This document shows, one piece after another, positions 25,131 through 39,611 of a DNA stretch of 64,000 bases. The stretch comes from Octopus sinensis (Eukaryota): contig NC_043006.1 in assembly GCF_006345805.1 (NCBI RefSeq), positions 87,792,001 to 87,856,000 on the forward strand, read 5' to 3'. The stretch's first letter is position 1. Each line of letters begins with the position of its first letter. Under the pieces are notes generated by a model. It was given only the letters and a program-made list of their open reading frames with translations. It did no database searches and was not told the origin of the DNA. The translations under genes and the position numbers were made by a program.

Positions 25131-28100
25131 GAATGAATGATTAAATGAATTATAAAAAGAGAATAAAAGGAAGCAAATCTAAAGGAAAATATAAGAAAAA
25201 TCAAAAGCAAAAGTGGAAAAATTTGAGAAAGTTTCTATGCATAAGTTTTTATTTCTCTAGATGTAATTAACAAGCAATTCATAATAATCGATCTTTTATT
25301 GTGACTCTAAGAAACTATATGCTAATCAATGCGATGGACAGTAGTTTGATCAGGCAATGTGAGAATTCACTTGGAACAACCTTTACAAGAATAGAAAAGA
25401 CACATTTCAAATTAAACATCAACAAATTTCCTGACAAGCGCTTATAAACCTTACAAATAAGAACCCATAATTGTCAGATCTGCAGAAATGGTTTTATGGC
25501 TAAATTGATATAGAATTAGCTTAATTTAATCATTAAAGTTCAAATGGGAAATATATTTGCTTCAACAGCTAAATATATATGAATTTCAATGCAGTATTTT
25601 TCTTCAAAATATTCAGCTATGGTATAATTTAACTATTTTTTTTACATATTATTTTAATTAATCTTTATTTTTGTAATGCAATAAAAACACTAAACAATAG
25701 TAGCACTTCAGAAATTTTTAAATATTATTATAAAATTACTACTCTTTTACATCTTTATTGAGGTTTGTGATGCTCGGGTGGTTCTGAAATTTGAGTATTT
25801 GTGTATGCATGTGCATGCATATGTGTGTACACACAAGCACACACACACAAACACATGTACATACATTTATAAATATGTATGTGTATATTTGTGCGTGTGT
25901 TTGCATATATGTAACTATATGTAAGCATATTGTGTGAGTAGATGTATTCTTGTTAAATGCTGTTTCTATCATTAACCACTCACACAAAGAAATGGTGGTA
26001 TAATTCTTTTTTTTTTTATCCATATAATTTGATAAAACAAATACTGTGTTTTTTCCAAAAAGTATTTTTCCCAACCAGCAGCATTGGCTGAACTTATCTG
26101 TAAGTCATTCAATACCTTTCTCACTATAATGGTATATTAGTTTATTACTTACCCACCAACCAGTGAGAATAGGCCAATCCTATAACATCTTAAGCTGTTA
26201 CATTTTGTCCTTCTTGGGTTGATAAATAATTCTCTAGTTACATGTTGTAGTCAATACAGTTGGCTGTATCTCCTCTAGAAGATAAGTAATTGTCAACTTA
26301 GAAAGAAAATCAATAATTTATCATACCTGATCTCAAATTGATCTGGAGGTTGGATCCAACCAGATAGAAGTCTCGATGATAAAAGCTGGTATAATGGGAA
26401 TCACTGAGATAAAATATGAGTCGTTTGGAATTCCAGTAAGTGCTTAAACAGAATTTAAGGTCAGGGTAATTTTGATAAAATGTTGAAAGGAAAGTCATTA
26501 CTTGGGTTGATATTATTGTATAAAAACCTTATGAATATGAATTTGAACAACTTGAGAGCAAGTATATATGAAAGGTGTGCTACTGAAAATACAGTTACTG
26601 TAATGTTATGTATATCAGTCATAGACTAATGTGAATAACTGAAGTGTAAGAGAATGGAAAGGATGAGACTGGTACAATTAAAGCAACTGAAGCTGGCGTC
26701 AAGAAAGGAATCATTTGATTGTAGTTAGGCAATACTTAAACTGAACATAAAGGCATTCTTTATCTGAGTTTCTTTAAGAATATGGCAGTTGTAGTAAATT
26801 ATAATAAAGGGTTATCGAGCAACAGCATGAAGTGGAAGAGCAAGATTTCAAAGTTGACAGTCTACAAAGGTTTGTTAAAGATGTATCTAAAAAAATGTGC
26901 TTTTTTAAAATTTTTCATGATTTTATACTTTTTAAATACAGTCTCCCAAACAAACCAAACCATTTTTAAGACATCTATTTTTCAAAGATATATATATATA
27001 TTTTTTAAATACATAAATTGAGAAAACAAAGTTTTAAAAAATCTAATAAAGGGATTTAAGGTGTCTGGCTTTAGGAAGGGCATCCAGCCATAAAAAACAT
27101 ACCAAGGTAGACACTGTAGCATTAAGGAGTTCTGCTAAATCACCCAACTGACATCATCATAAAAGAGGGGCTTTAAGAAAAAAATAAAAAAGGAAAATGG
27201 TGACTATGATAGTGGTGGCAATGGCATAGCCAAGAACAAATGATTACATTTATTTTTCCTTCCTGATGTAGCTAGCTGCTGTTGGTAACAGAAAACATAC
27301 TTCATTGGGGCAAGGTTTCAATAATCTATTTTTTTCTATTTTCTTTTATTTTCTAAAATAATTTCATAGATTGTATTTTTGTAGTTATTCACTTTAAGCT
27401 TGTAATGTATTGATTGGAGGTAATATGAAGGAAAGCAAAAAATGGTTTAAGCCTTACAAAATAAACAAAATGCTTTAAGGAAAAGAAGTAAGGAGCCCTG
27501 AAATTTCTACTTTAACCAAAGAAAAATTGCTTCGGTTAGAAATTAAAACTAAATAGTGATTAAGTACAGAAGAATGAGTCAACTATAAAAAAGCAAAATT
27601 TGTCAAAAGATTGATAAATTTGTGGATTACCAACAGTTGTTCCAATATCTACAATGATTTTTACATCATCTTTAAATATTTTACTCATAAACTGCAGTAG
27701 TAAGTAGACAGATTCTGCAGAATACATTTGTTCTACTACTGCAAGAACATCAAAATGTAAAAACAGCAAAATGCTGAAGCCAGTCAAATGAATATTCAAA
27801 TGTTCAGAACCATTTTTATATAAAGTCACAACAGTTGTAACTTCAATATTGTAGATTCAAATTTCTTGATTCTTGATTCAAATTTTGCTAAATTAATGTC
27901 AATGTGCCCTGGTGCTTACAGGAAGAACATTTCTCTCTTTGGCTCAGTATTCCTAGATGATATTCAGTTTCACGTTTATATCACACTTAAGGATTTAACA
28001 GTAATTAGAGATTCCAATGAATGGCTAATGACCATCTTTTCAAAATAAATACGACAAAAATTATAAGAAAAGGTAACCCATCTATATACTACTAAAACTC

Positions 28101-28525
28101 TGATTGCTTGCCTGCTTGCTTGTCTGTCATTTAATGCAGTCGAATTGGTGCATAATGGGAAAATAATATGAATTAAAGTACCCATGAAATGTGAATACAA
28201 ACAGAATAAAACAAATTTCACAGAAATTGGACCAAGGATTCCTGAGATATGGGGTGGTTTTGGTAGTATTCATAAATACTCTAAACAGTGCATTATGGGA
28301 AAGTACTCTGAAAATAATATAACCCTGAAAGGGAAGAAACTCAAACCCTTTGATTAGAAACATCATGATCAATGTCTTCTGTATTTTGAAGACAAACTTC
28401 ACAATTTGGGCAAAAGTCTTAGTGACTTTAACTTGCCAATGAAAAAGTACGAGTTCTTTTTACAGTAAATGTTTCTATTTTTGCTTTTGTTAAACACAAT
28501 ATTTTAATCCTTTAGAAATATTTTT

Positions 28526-28780
28526 CGGTGGCACATAAAAAGTACCATTTCAGTGTGGTTGATGCCAGTGCTGCCTGACTAGCTCCTGTGCTGGTGGCAC
28601 ATAAAAAGCACCCACTACACCCTTGGAACGGCTGGCGTTAGGAAGGGTGTCCAGCTGTAGAAACCTTGTCAGATCAGATTGGAGCCTGGTGCAGCCTCCT
28701 GGCTTGCCAGACCTCAGTCAAACCGTCTAACCCATGCCAGCATGGAAAGTGGACATTAAATGATGATGACGTTGATGATG
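28526..28780 (+). mobile_element. RTE LINE 3'UTR-only copy
   Basis: GGTGGCACATAAAAAGCACC units, GGAAGGGTGTCCAGCTGTAGAAAC and a (GAT)n tail. Confidence 0.8.
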
Positions 28781-29097
28781 AATGTGATTTCAAAAATATA
28801 AGTTGTTTGTACAGTAAGTATTTATATTTTTGCTTTCTTTAAACAGACAATATTAAATTTTTTTTATAATTATTTTCAAGTGAATACCATTCCAAAATTT
28901 TGTTTTGGCATATCTAAAAAATATTTTTAAGCGAAAATGACTTAAAGGATACAAATTGTTTGTACAGTGAGTATTTACTGTATTTATATTTTAGATTTCT
29001 TTAAATTTTTTTAAAAAGTCATTTTCAAGTGAATACCGTTACAAAAATTTTTTTGGTATATTTAAAAAATATTTTTAAGTGAAAATGACTTTAAAAA

Positions 29098-29807
29098 GGT
29101 AAATATTTTGTAAAGAACCCATTTGTACTTTGGTGTGAAATAATTTTTTTCTACGGGTTTTTTCAAGTGCATTCAATGTATCCTCCAAACCCACCACATG
29201 TCACTTTTTTCCAGAAAAGAAAGCAGTGGAGGGGTGATGGGGACCTCGGAGTTTTCTGGGACACTCCAAGTTTCCCACCAATGGAGTTTTGCTTCGTGGA
29301 GTTTTCTTTTCTTCTCCAGTTTATTTGCCCTGCTTGTAAGCAGGCCAAATGAATGTGACATCAAAATCACATGTAAATGGCTCCTTTCCTCAGAAAAGGA
29401 AAGATTTGGCTGCTATTTTTAGCATGCCCTGCTACCACGTAACAGTTATTTGCGATAAAGGACCCGAAATAGGTGTTACGTGGTAGATGGGCGTGCTAGA
29501 AATAGCAGCCAAATCTTTCCTTTTCTCGGGAAAGGAGCTGTATACATGTGATTTCAATGTTGCTTTTGTTGAAAGCATACAAAATAACCAGGAAAAGAAA
29601 AAAACCCCATGAAACAAAACTCCATTGGTGGAACACTTAGAATTTCTTGAGAAACTCTGAGGTCCCCACCCCTCCACCCCTTTCTTTTCTGGAAGAAAGT
29701 AGCTGCAGCAGGTTTGGAGGTCAGATAATTTGAATGCACTTGCAAAAACTTGTGCAAAAAACTATTTCACAATGAAGTACAAATGGGTCCTTTACAAAAT
29801 ATTTACC
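29098..29807. repeat. 710-bp imperfect palindrome
   Basis: Ends GGTAAATATTTTGTAAAG / CTTTACAAAATATTTACC. Centre CTACCACGTAACA / TGTTACGTGGTAG. Loop about 29455-29464. Confidence 0.92.
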
Positions 29808-30643
29808 CAAGATATGCAAATAGAAAGATTGATGAGACTGATAAAACAAGGGCTAAGTGTCTGGTGGAATGGAGGGAAAGAGACAGAAGCAGGAGAGATC
29901 AGTAATTGGATGCTCGGAGAGTTGGGCATCTGGCAAAACTGAGGGAAAGAGACAAAAGCAGGAGACATCATGACTTGGATGCTCATGTGAATACTAAGAG
30001 AATAAAACAAGTTTTGCATAAATTGGACCATGGTTACCAAGATATGTGGTTTTGGGGGGTACCTTTTTGGGGTACCTAATAGCCAATCCAGCATATAATG
30101 GGAGAAAATACTTTGAAAGTAAGATGCCATTGAAATATAAATACAAACAGAATAACACGAGTTTCACATAAATCGGACCATGGATTCTCAAGATATGCAG
30201 TTTTTTTCAGGTCTAATTTCATCTATAAATATCTTCAAATCCGGTTTCGTACTTTAGAAATGCTAACCTTATGTTAAAAAACATGAACTCCTAGAGATTA
30301 TATCTTGAGACAGAAAGAAATTTCGAAAAGTAAACTAATTTTATTTTTGAATAAATTCAGAAAACAGCAATGAAGAAACACAATATCAATTTACTTTCTG
30401 TTACTTTGTTACTCTGGAAGCTCTTATAATTCAAACTGAAAGATTTTTCATCATTCACACCAGAATATAATTAGACTTCACTATTAATACTACATGTAAC
30501 TATTCTAATTCAAAATTCTATTATGAAGGAGTTAATTCTTTCACCTATCAGTGTGTTAAGAGTATTATGTAATATAAGTGACTATTGTAACTGGTGCTGC
30601 CTGTTCTCAATGAATTAACTTTCTTACATATTTAGCTGTTGGC

Positions 30644-30681
<38 letters not shown>

Positions 30682-31994
30682 CCTCCCACACCTTTATGCG
30701 TGTGTGTGTATGTATATATATATATATGAAATGACTGCAATATAAAAGTATATTACCTGTAAGTTTTGCACTGGAGAAGTTAACACTTTCAAGATTCATG
30801 TGAAACTCTCACAAAAGTTATTCATACATAAAAATATACTTGTAAATTTCATTGCCAATGAGTTAACTGAAAGACTACCACAACTGATAGTAACTTTGAC
30901 AACCACTGCTAATAACAGAATGAATGATACCTATTCATACTGGCAACATATGTAATGGATAAAACATTTAGAAGCTGACTAGAAATAAATATGCAAAGTG
31001 TAAAAGAACATAATTTTAGCTAATAACTAATACTCAGCGTCTGATGGAATAGGTATATGTATCATATCACTAGTTAACAACACTCCTGAAGAAATAGTTA
31101 TAAGTACCACATCTCTAATGCTAAATAATGTCTCTGACAAAAGTACTTATCTCCAATTGGCACACTCTGCTTATCTGTAAATATGTACCAATATGCTGCA
31201 TTAGCTTAAAATTTTAGGTTTAAAAATTCTTTGAGTGGAAAACAACAAGAACAATACTCTACCACCTCTGAATTGGGTTACAAGAGACTACATTAGGACC
31301 AATGTCATCGACTGCAGTTATAAATATTTACTGCATTAGGAGAAGCATTTCTCTATTAATTCACCCTTTCAAGTTCTCAACCACTTGCAGCTCTATATTA
31401 ATAACTTCTTTATATTCTAATAATAAATCATTCTGATATTGGGATAAATACTTTAAATTTGAAGCCTTTGGTGGATTCTGATATTAATACTTACAAATAA
31501 TTAATATATCCATAAATCATGGCAACAAGCTGAATTTTTAATATGCATGTTGTCTGACAAAAACTCTAATGGATTTCACATATTGAAATATTTTATTTTG
31601 TTTAGGTTTTTTAGGCCCTATTTTTTAAGAATGGTTGATATAGTCATTTAAAACAATTCTTCTATAATATTACAAATAACAACTCTGTTATTATATAGGA
31701 ATGTGAAAGAGACATGAAATATAAAGTTAATGAGTTTTGGAAACTAGTTATTATATTTCTATGATTACAATTCCCTCGGTGATTTATTTTTCGAAATATG
31801 CTAATTTTCTACACTTTTTTTATGTACAATATTGTACACTCTGTGAGTTTTTTTTATCACTTCTTTTGCAAATATGGTGAAGTCTCTGCACACTAGGTTT
31901 CTCATGAGGGCTCAAAATATCACATGGCATTAGTACAAGACCAAATAGGAGACACATTCCACCCATTGCTGACCACTGCCATATGTATGTTATA

Positions 31995-32135
31995 TAAGGT
32001 TGTCCCAAAAGTTCGTAGAAAGTCTTGGAAAATAATGGTCTTTATTTTGAGGAATAATTTTTGTTGTTTTTGTTAGTACTTGGCGAGTAAAAATTCAATT
32101 TTCGCAAGTGTTTACGAACTTTTGGGACAACCTAA
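31995..32135. mobile_element. 141-bp Tc1/mariner MITE
   Basis: 21-bp perfect TIR core AGGTTGTCCCAAAAGTTCGTA / TACGAACTTTTGGGACAACCT with TA flanks. Confidence 0.85.
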
Positions 32136-35100
32136 TATTTTGGTGACTTCCAAAACCCTAATAAAGAATAAAGACCACTAACATGCTGGCAAAAACACAT
32201 CTGAAATTGAAGACCTAAAATAAGTGCTGTCTTAAAGCACGAGCACACTGGGCAGTTACTTAGGGGTACCCATAGGTGTAGGGGCCCAATATTAATCTAC
32301 CTATGCTATGATTGTGTATGTTGGAGAACCTGTGCGTTGCTTTACTCAGGGGTCTTTAATGGTGCTAAGAAAGGCCTATCTATCAAAGACAATAGGAGAA
32401 AAAGATATTCCTGGCATGGCTTGGTGAAAAATATTTTGGTAGTGACAACTTGAAAAAGATTAATTGATGGAAGCTAATAATCACTAGACTCCATCAACGC
32501 CATCTCACAGGTGTCTCACATATACCAGAATGATTTAAATAATATTAGTCATTCAGCTAATGCTGTCTTTCCTTTACTGCATGATTATTTTTATTAGCGC
32601 TTTGATGTTCACTGCGTTACATGTGTTGTAGTTTTTCATGCAGATGACACCTCTGATTGGTTTTCCCCTTGGTGATTTCACTCCTAATGAATTAGATATA
32701 GAGAGTATTTTGAACGAGGTTAACTACTCGGTATCTAATTAATGTGAGACTCAAACTGAAATATTGAAGAATTTATTTGGAATGGTTGTTAGTAAACATG
32801 ATAGTATAACCAATAAAACATCAGCAAAACTTAGGTTGGGAACCAATTACTTGAATGATACTTTCTGGAGAAATATGAAAGTCACAACAGTAATATCTTT
32901 CTGTTTTGAAGCTAAAAGTGTATATTAGCCATTGATCAATTCCAATGAATGTAAATAAAGCAGCTAATTCTATTGGAGTTAACTGGGCCCTGGAAAGAGA
33001 GGATGAAGGACAAGGGGAAGAAAGATAAGGAATAGAAGTTGGTGGTGGACAGCAAGACTGGCTGGAGAACGAAGTGCGAGTAGAGGCTGGCAGTCTAAGT
33101 TTCACTGGTCCTACTCAGGGTAAGGCCAATGGAAACTTGGATATTACAGAATTGAGCAGAAAAAGAGCCATCAAAGACAATGCAGTGGTTTCTGAGAAAG
33201 CATCTATGTGGCTCTTACTAAAAAGAGGTGGTTGGTGGTGTCAGTAGAATGCCACTTGGATACAGGTCTAAACTTGATCAACCTAGGTTGGCTCACCTGG
33301 ATGCATGTATGTTGTAAAACCCAAAATACTCAGTGACCCTAGGACAATGTGTCCAAGTATTGCATCTGTAGATGTATGTAAAACTGAGAATAGAAAATAC
33401 CAACATTTGATATTTGACTCATGCATAGGTGTCTAGTTAAGAAGTTCACTTTTCAACCAGGTGGTTTTTTGATTCATTCACATTGGAAATGACCCTGAAC
33501 AAGTCAATGTATGATCACCTCATTAGGAACTGATAAACAACAATGCTATTGCTCCCCAAATTTTATATAATATAAATAGTGAAATGTGTCCAGTGTGTTT
33601 GAACTAGAGACCTTCAAAACAGAACTGATAGTAGTCAAATATTCAGTCAACTCAGTAATTTTAATCAAGCCTATTTTATGATTTAAACATCTTCACATTT
33701 CCCATCTTAATATGTTAGGACCTGAAAACAATTAACTTGTTATTTCCTTTGATTTTGATTGTGTAACCTGTTATGTTTGGCCTGAGTCATTATATTTCAC
33801 TGTTTTTCCTGCCTAACAAATCAAGCCATCTTACATCCAATTCTCTTTTTCTGTATATCAAGATAAATATATCTTGTTATTAAGGAACCTGATCGATTAC
33901 AATTGATTTCCTGACTGTACCAGAAATAACGCCACTCGTGCATGGTACTGTAAATGATAAATTTCTTGATTGTTTTGTTCAGTTTACTTGTAGACTCACA
34001 GGAAGCCATCAAGAGACCAAGATGTTAAAGCCATAACCAAAATTCAATCCCTACCAAGCATTAATCTCAAGAGAAGTCATCAAACTGAGTGAACCAAATA
34101 TATATTTTATTCCCAAATGAAGAAACTTCAAACATCATAAAGTTGTGAAAAAAAATTAGATACTGCAAAGGAAGTCAAGAGATCTTCATAAAATCTTGTT
34201 GAAAGCTACTTCATAAGTGCCAGAGAGAACATTATATGGACAAACTAACTAGGGATTCTCAATACAGTCACTTGATTTGTTAAAAACATGCAATCAAATC
34301 TCACTCGAGTCACAACCTACAATCATGAAAATAGATAAAACACAAGATTATGTAGACATAAATATGTTATGTGTGATACAAAAGATGAGATAATCATGGC
34401 TGTAACATTTTTTATCATAAGTCTGCTCAGTCACCTTTGACTTGGAGGTTAAACCACAATAACAATAAAAATTTATAGTTTTTACCTAATACATTAGCAT
34501 TAAGAAAATAAAAGCTATATTTGCAAATCCCTAATAAAGGAAAAGCCAACAAGCTTATTACAAACTGCAATTATAAAATATAATTTTGTTTTAGCTTTCA
34601 TGGTTACTCAGAGGGGAAAAAAGTGTTCATTCAGGAGGGCAGTAACTGTAAATAAGGACTTACACAGACTAATGCAAACCATCCAAGCCATGCCTCCAAA
34701 GAAAAGGCATGGATACAAGGTTAAGAATTTTGCTTTACAACTTCATGGTTTAGGGTTCCATTACTTGTTAACCTTGTGACTGGTTTTTCTGAGCTTTTGG
34801 GGACAAGTAAATTAAAAGATCCCTCACTTGAAAAACAGACATAGGTTTGTAACTGGAAGGACATCCAAGCATAAAACAGTCCCTTTCTATGCTAACATAG
34901 TAAAAAGGATGTTAAAGGAACAAATGACTAGAATAGATGCTAAATTATTTTCACTAACAGACTATGGCTAATGAATTACTCTGGCGATACAAAGAGTGGT
35001 AGGGTTATTTTTTTCTTCAAAACACTATGACCTGGAGATGTATTGTTTGTAGAGAAATTATCCTGCTACAAACATTATTTCAGCTGCTTCTTAATCTCAG

Positions 35101-35919
35101 TTTCCTCATGACTCTGGCCAAAAAAAGGTGGTGAATTTAATTTATTTTTAAAACCGAATTCCTGCTTTGTTGTAGCTTCTGTTACTCAAACTTCAAATAT
35201 ACAATACATTCATAACACTTCCTCAAACCAAAATAGTACCAACAAATTAACATCATGCCAGAATTAAAAAAAAAACACATAGGTTAGTTATAACAACAGA
35301 AAGGAGAAGAATAGTCGTTAATTTGTTTGTTCCAACTAATTACAGCAGATGAACTATTTTAGAAACACTAAATATGGTTGAGATATTGTTTCACCCAAAA
35401 TGCTGCAATCTGAAAATCTCCAAAGAGTGAATCTGTCAGAGGTATTATAAAGCTTATTCTGTTTCAATCATGTCTAATGGTTTTGGCTTAAAATATCGAT
35501 AGATTAAAATGTATTTAATATATTTTATAAAAGAATAATTCCTGCATTGTAGGGCTTCTGATATTTAAATTTCTAACACATAATGTTTTCTACAATATTT
35601 TCCTCAAAAGAAAATATTTGGAATGCCCATGACATACTGTATGTTGTGACAGTACCCCAACATCTCACTCAAGAGCTGAGAGCTGCACCACAATCAATAC
35701 ACACACACATGAGCATGCCATCACTTGCAAGCAAGTATGACTTAGCAGTTTGTATAACACTTTTGCTTCTTATTTTATATACCTACATAACAGACAAAAA
35801 CATTCTCTCAGCCACCCAGTTTTGAACTAGGGAAACACTCATGGTGTGAACCAAAGTCTTGTGAGTGGATTTGCTAGTCTGTTGTGTGTGTGTGTGTGTA
35901 TGTGTATGTATGTATGTAT

Positions 35920-36480
35920 GTTTATGTCAGGTCACTTTTGAGTGCTACTGGTAACATGTAACCCAGTACAACCTGTTGCATGGTCGGGTCGTCGGCAACT
36001 AAACCGGCAACCCCACCAAGCAAGCTTGGTGGGGAGGGTGTTTATTGGTCACCCTGCGGGATGAAAAACAAAACTCGTCAAAGGGTGGAGGAACTCTTGA
36101 GAGTCAACGGCCATCCAATAAATGCCTTAAGGCTGTATCATGCACGCAGACATAGAAATAATCGGACTGAATACCTGATCGCACGGTTAAACCATTGGGA
36201 GTGAAGGACTCCTTAGGGCATCCTTCTAGGAGAAGGTAACTCAGGTAACTGGGATAACTCCGACATAAAACCTGCAGCTCAGTGGTTACCGATGATGTTG
36301 ACTTATTCTTCTTTTCGGATTATGGCTGCTGTTGCTTAGTGAGTGGGATTGACTCAGTGCACAGCCTTTCCTCACTTTAAAAAAAATCTTCTTGCACGGG
36401 CATTGCATGATAACAGCATTGATTAAGCTTCGTGCAATGGCCATACTTGATAACGAAGGGGCAGCCACCATGTACGTATA
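35920..36480 (+). mobile_element. Non-coding retroposon (probable RTE-derived non-autonomous element) with (ATGT)n tail
   Basis: Second, 5'-truncated copy at 57118-57515 (-). Hairpin-rich 5' part and a GGCATCCTTCTAGGAGAAGGTAACTC motif that I recall from RTE 5'UTRs. Confidence 0.65.
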
Positions 36481-37469
36481 TGTATGAACGAATGAATGAA
36501 TGAATGAATGAAAGAAAGAAAGAGGCTAAATCAGCTTAGCAGGAATGGACTTAGCAGGGTCCCTTGACTTCTTTTATATATATATATATCAAATATGTAT
36601 GTATATGTATATATGTGCATCTCCTTGTCTTGACATTGCTTGACACTTGTAAATGATTGTTGATGTTTTACAAAGAGTGTCAGTCATTTCCAATATTCTG
36701 TGAGAACATGTCTGACCATGGAAAATATTAGCTTGCCTGGAAACAGATGAGAGTTAGCAACAGGAAGGGTATTTAGCTGTAGAAAATCTGACCCATGCAA
36801 GCATGGAATATTGGACATTAAAATGACAATGAATAATGATGATGATACACGTGTGTGTGTGTTCGTGTGTTTAATTTGTATGACAAAGCTGAATAAAGGA
36901 ATATTTAAAATCACACAAGGTAAATTCTTGATATTTTGAAATTATTCCCCCCATTGATAGAAAACTAAACAAATACCCACTAAGCATCGAGAATTCCTGA
37001 TCCTTAAGATTATTTCCCCTTCTCATTCAAAATTTGTTGCAATTATCTCAAAGGGAAGTTAATTTCAATAAATCAAGAATCTATCTTATATAGTATTTAA
37101 TATACGTTTATTCATCTTGTCCAAATCTTCTTTTTTCTCTACATTGTATACTTTATAGACAATAGTCTTTTCTTTAATTTAATTTTTTATTATCCATCTG
37201 GACTATTCCATTTCTGCACACTAATTTTATTTTTAATTTATTACCATTCATGTGAAACAACTTATTCAAGTTCAAATCATTGATGCAATTTTATACCAAT
37301 TGCTATTTTTATTTTTGTTATGTTACAATTATATTATAGTTTAGTTTGATTTTAATTATTACTTACTACATATAATTCAATTGTTATTATTATTTTTATT
37401 GTTAAAGTGAAAGCATCTGACATAAAATACAGAAATGTTTTTGTTTCACTTTTAACACGTAATACTGAA

Positions 37470-37656
37470 ATAGTGGAGAAGATGTGGTGTTGCTATGGGC
37501 TCGCTCTAGGCAAGAAGTTGAACATTTTTTTGGCCCATGAAACTACATGGACCTTAAGTAAGGCATGTGTAAAATTTGAATGAAATTGGTTGTGTAGTTC
37601 TCAAGTTTTAGGGAAACACACAGACAGACACACATTCTCAGTTTTATATATAGAGA
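37470..37656 (-). mobile_element. 5' portion of a non-autonomous Helitron-like element
   Basis: Minus strand begins A|TCTCTATATATAAAAC, the same 5' end as the Helitron at 40207. It also carries a CCAATTTCATTCAAATTT motif. Confidence 0.45.
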
Positions 37657-37745
37657 TTACAGTAACCAGTAAAACAATTTACATGCACACGCACACACAC
37701 TCACATACACACATACATATGTGTGTATATGTACATGTGTGTGTG

Positions 37746-37795
<50 letters not shown>

Positions 37796-39214
37796 AATTG
37801 TTGTGAATGCACAGATGCAGTTATGTATATTAGATAATGCACACTCACATACACATAATTATAAACATGTACATAGATGCACACAAATACACAGACATAT
37901 ACATGCACACAGATAGACAAACATATGCACAAAGATACATGGCTGCACATAGTCACATAGACACATGTATATAGATACACACATGCATATATATATCATT
38001 TTTGAAAAGAGTACTTATAATCTTAAATATTGACTTTTTTTTTTAGATATAAATCTTATAGAAATGTGAATGAAATGCAACAAAACACAAAATGGCTAGT
38101 TTCCTGAAAACAATATCAATAAAGTAAAAATAACTTAGTGAATATAAAAAAAAATAAACATCCAACATTTTAAAACTTCAAAAACCAGAGGAAAACAAAA
38201 TAGAACAAAACAAGTTAAATTATAACTTGCAAATTATTGAAACTGCTTCAACAATCCAAAGCTTTCATCAATTAAAAAAAATAATAACTTAAGAACCATA
38301 AAAGAGACATGATAATTTTCTTGCATTTAGTCAGTTTTATATAGCAAACGTGGTGGTGGTGGTGGTGGTAGTGGTGGTGGTGGTTGTGGCAGTGGTGGTG
38401 GTGGAAAATAATCACTATGGTGACAGTAGTAGCAAGGGTTGATTTTTGTGTCTGAAATCAAGTAACTTTTCTAACTTTGACAACACAAAAGAAGACACTG
38501 GAGATATTCAAAGTTAAATGCTTTTGTTGTTGTTCTTGTTTGTTTATCCCCCAGGTCAAGCCTGATTCAACAGAGTGATGATCAAAGACATTCCAAAAGT
38601 GACCAATTTTATTTTTTATTAAATATATAAATCTTGGACTACATTATATGTATCCAGCCTTTCCCAAGATGGTAGGCTGTGATTTGAGAAAATTTGGCTG
38701 CTATGTCTTGGAGAGTGAGTTACTGAGTAGTGACTTCCCCCATTGGCTCAGAAAGTGGAATGTCAGTGGTGATATTATTAGTGGTGTTTGTCTCATTGGT
38801 TAATATTGTGGTATATTCAACCATAGGCTTCAGTTCTACTGATAGGATTATATTAGCTCCTTTGACATAGTAGCAGTTGTTCAGCCCAGATCCTATGTTA
38901 ACAGTTGTATATTTGAAATATAATTATTTTTAATATTGGCATGAGAACAGTAATTTTGAGGGGAGAGACTAGATCATATCATCAATCTCAATTCATGATT
39001 AGTACTTGACAAAGTTGACTTCTGCAGAATTTGAAAACATGAAAAATAGTATTGGAGTAAATCAGTGTATTTAGGGATCATTAAAAGTGGTTTCAATTAA
39101 CTTTTAATATACACATAATTACAAAGTAAAAATGCTTTCATTGACATTTCTAGAACGACATGACTGCTACAAAATTTACTTTGTACCAATGACAAAAGGC
39201 CACACATACACATA

Positions 39215-39426
39215 TGAGGGAGTGCTGAAAAGTTCCTGGTTTTGGGTAAAAAGAAAATACTGGACGACCAATTAATAATGATTTTATTCACCATGTTCTT
39301 CTCTCAGATTCACACAGTTATTGCAGCAAGTCCTTCAGTTTTCCTAAGCCATGTCAAAGAAATTTGGATCTCCAACCAGGCACTTTGTGATACTCTTACA
39401 GCCACGAACTTTTTAGCATCACGTCA
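39215..39426. mobile_element. Mariner-type MITE (copy 2)
   Basis: TA|TGAGGGAGTGCTGAAAAGTTC ... GAACTTTTTAGCATCACGTCA|TA. Homologous to 14516-14719. Confidence 0.78.
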
Positions 39427-39611
39427 TATATATAAGTTATACACTCTATTATTTGCTTCATTTAAGAGTGCTTATGGTGGATTATCTTTGAAATGGAGAA
39501 AGTTTTTAAATATGTTGATACAGCAGAAATGATCATCAGTATTGTATGGTGCAAATTAAAGATTGTCATATATATATATATATATAATATATACAACATA
39601 TATATATACAA

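Larger units (their letters stand above)
28081..30200 (+). mobile_element. Composite non-autonomous Helitron/Helentron-like element (3' end not located)
   Basis: Starts A|TCTATATACTACTAAAA. The unit ...AAATACAAACAGAATAA.AC.A.TTTCACA.AAAT.GGACCA.GGATTC..AGATATG recurs at about 28190, 30000 and 30135. Interrupted by an RTE 3'UTR and a long palindrome. Confidence 0.45.

Noticed and set aside
26310-28048. Short ORFs and candidate exons at 26.3-26.5 kb and 27.5-28.0 kb (also 8.05-8.1 kb, 32.8-33.1 kb, 33.8-34.0 kb and 49.8-50.2 kb)
   Set aside because: Splice-like signals did not bracket a consistent open frame with recognisable homology. This is compatible with chance in AT-rich DNA.
35960-36010. 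HDV-like ribozyme in the structured retroposon head (GGTCGTC-GG...CTAA)
   Set aside because: I could not find a matching P1 5' strand or a consistent P2/P3 nested pseudoknot by eye. Left as an untested possibility.
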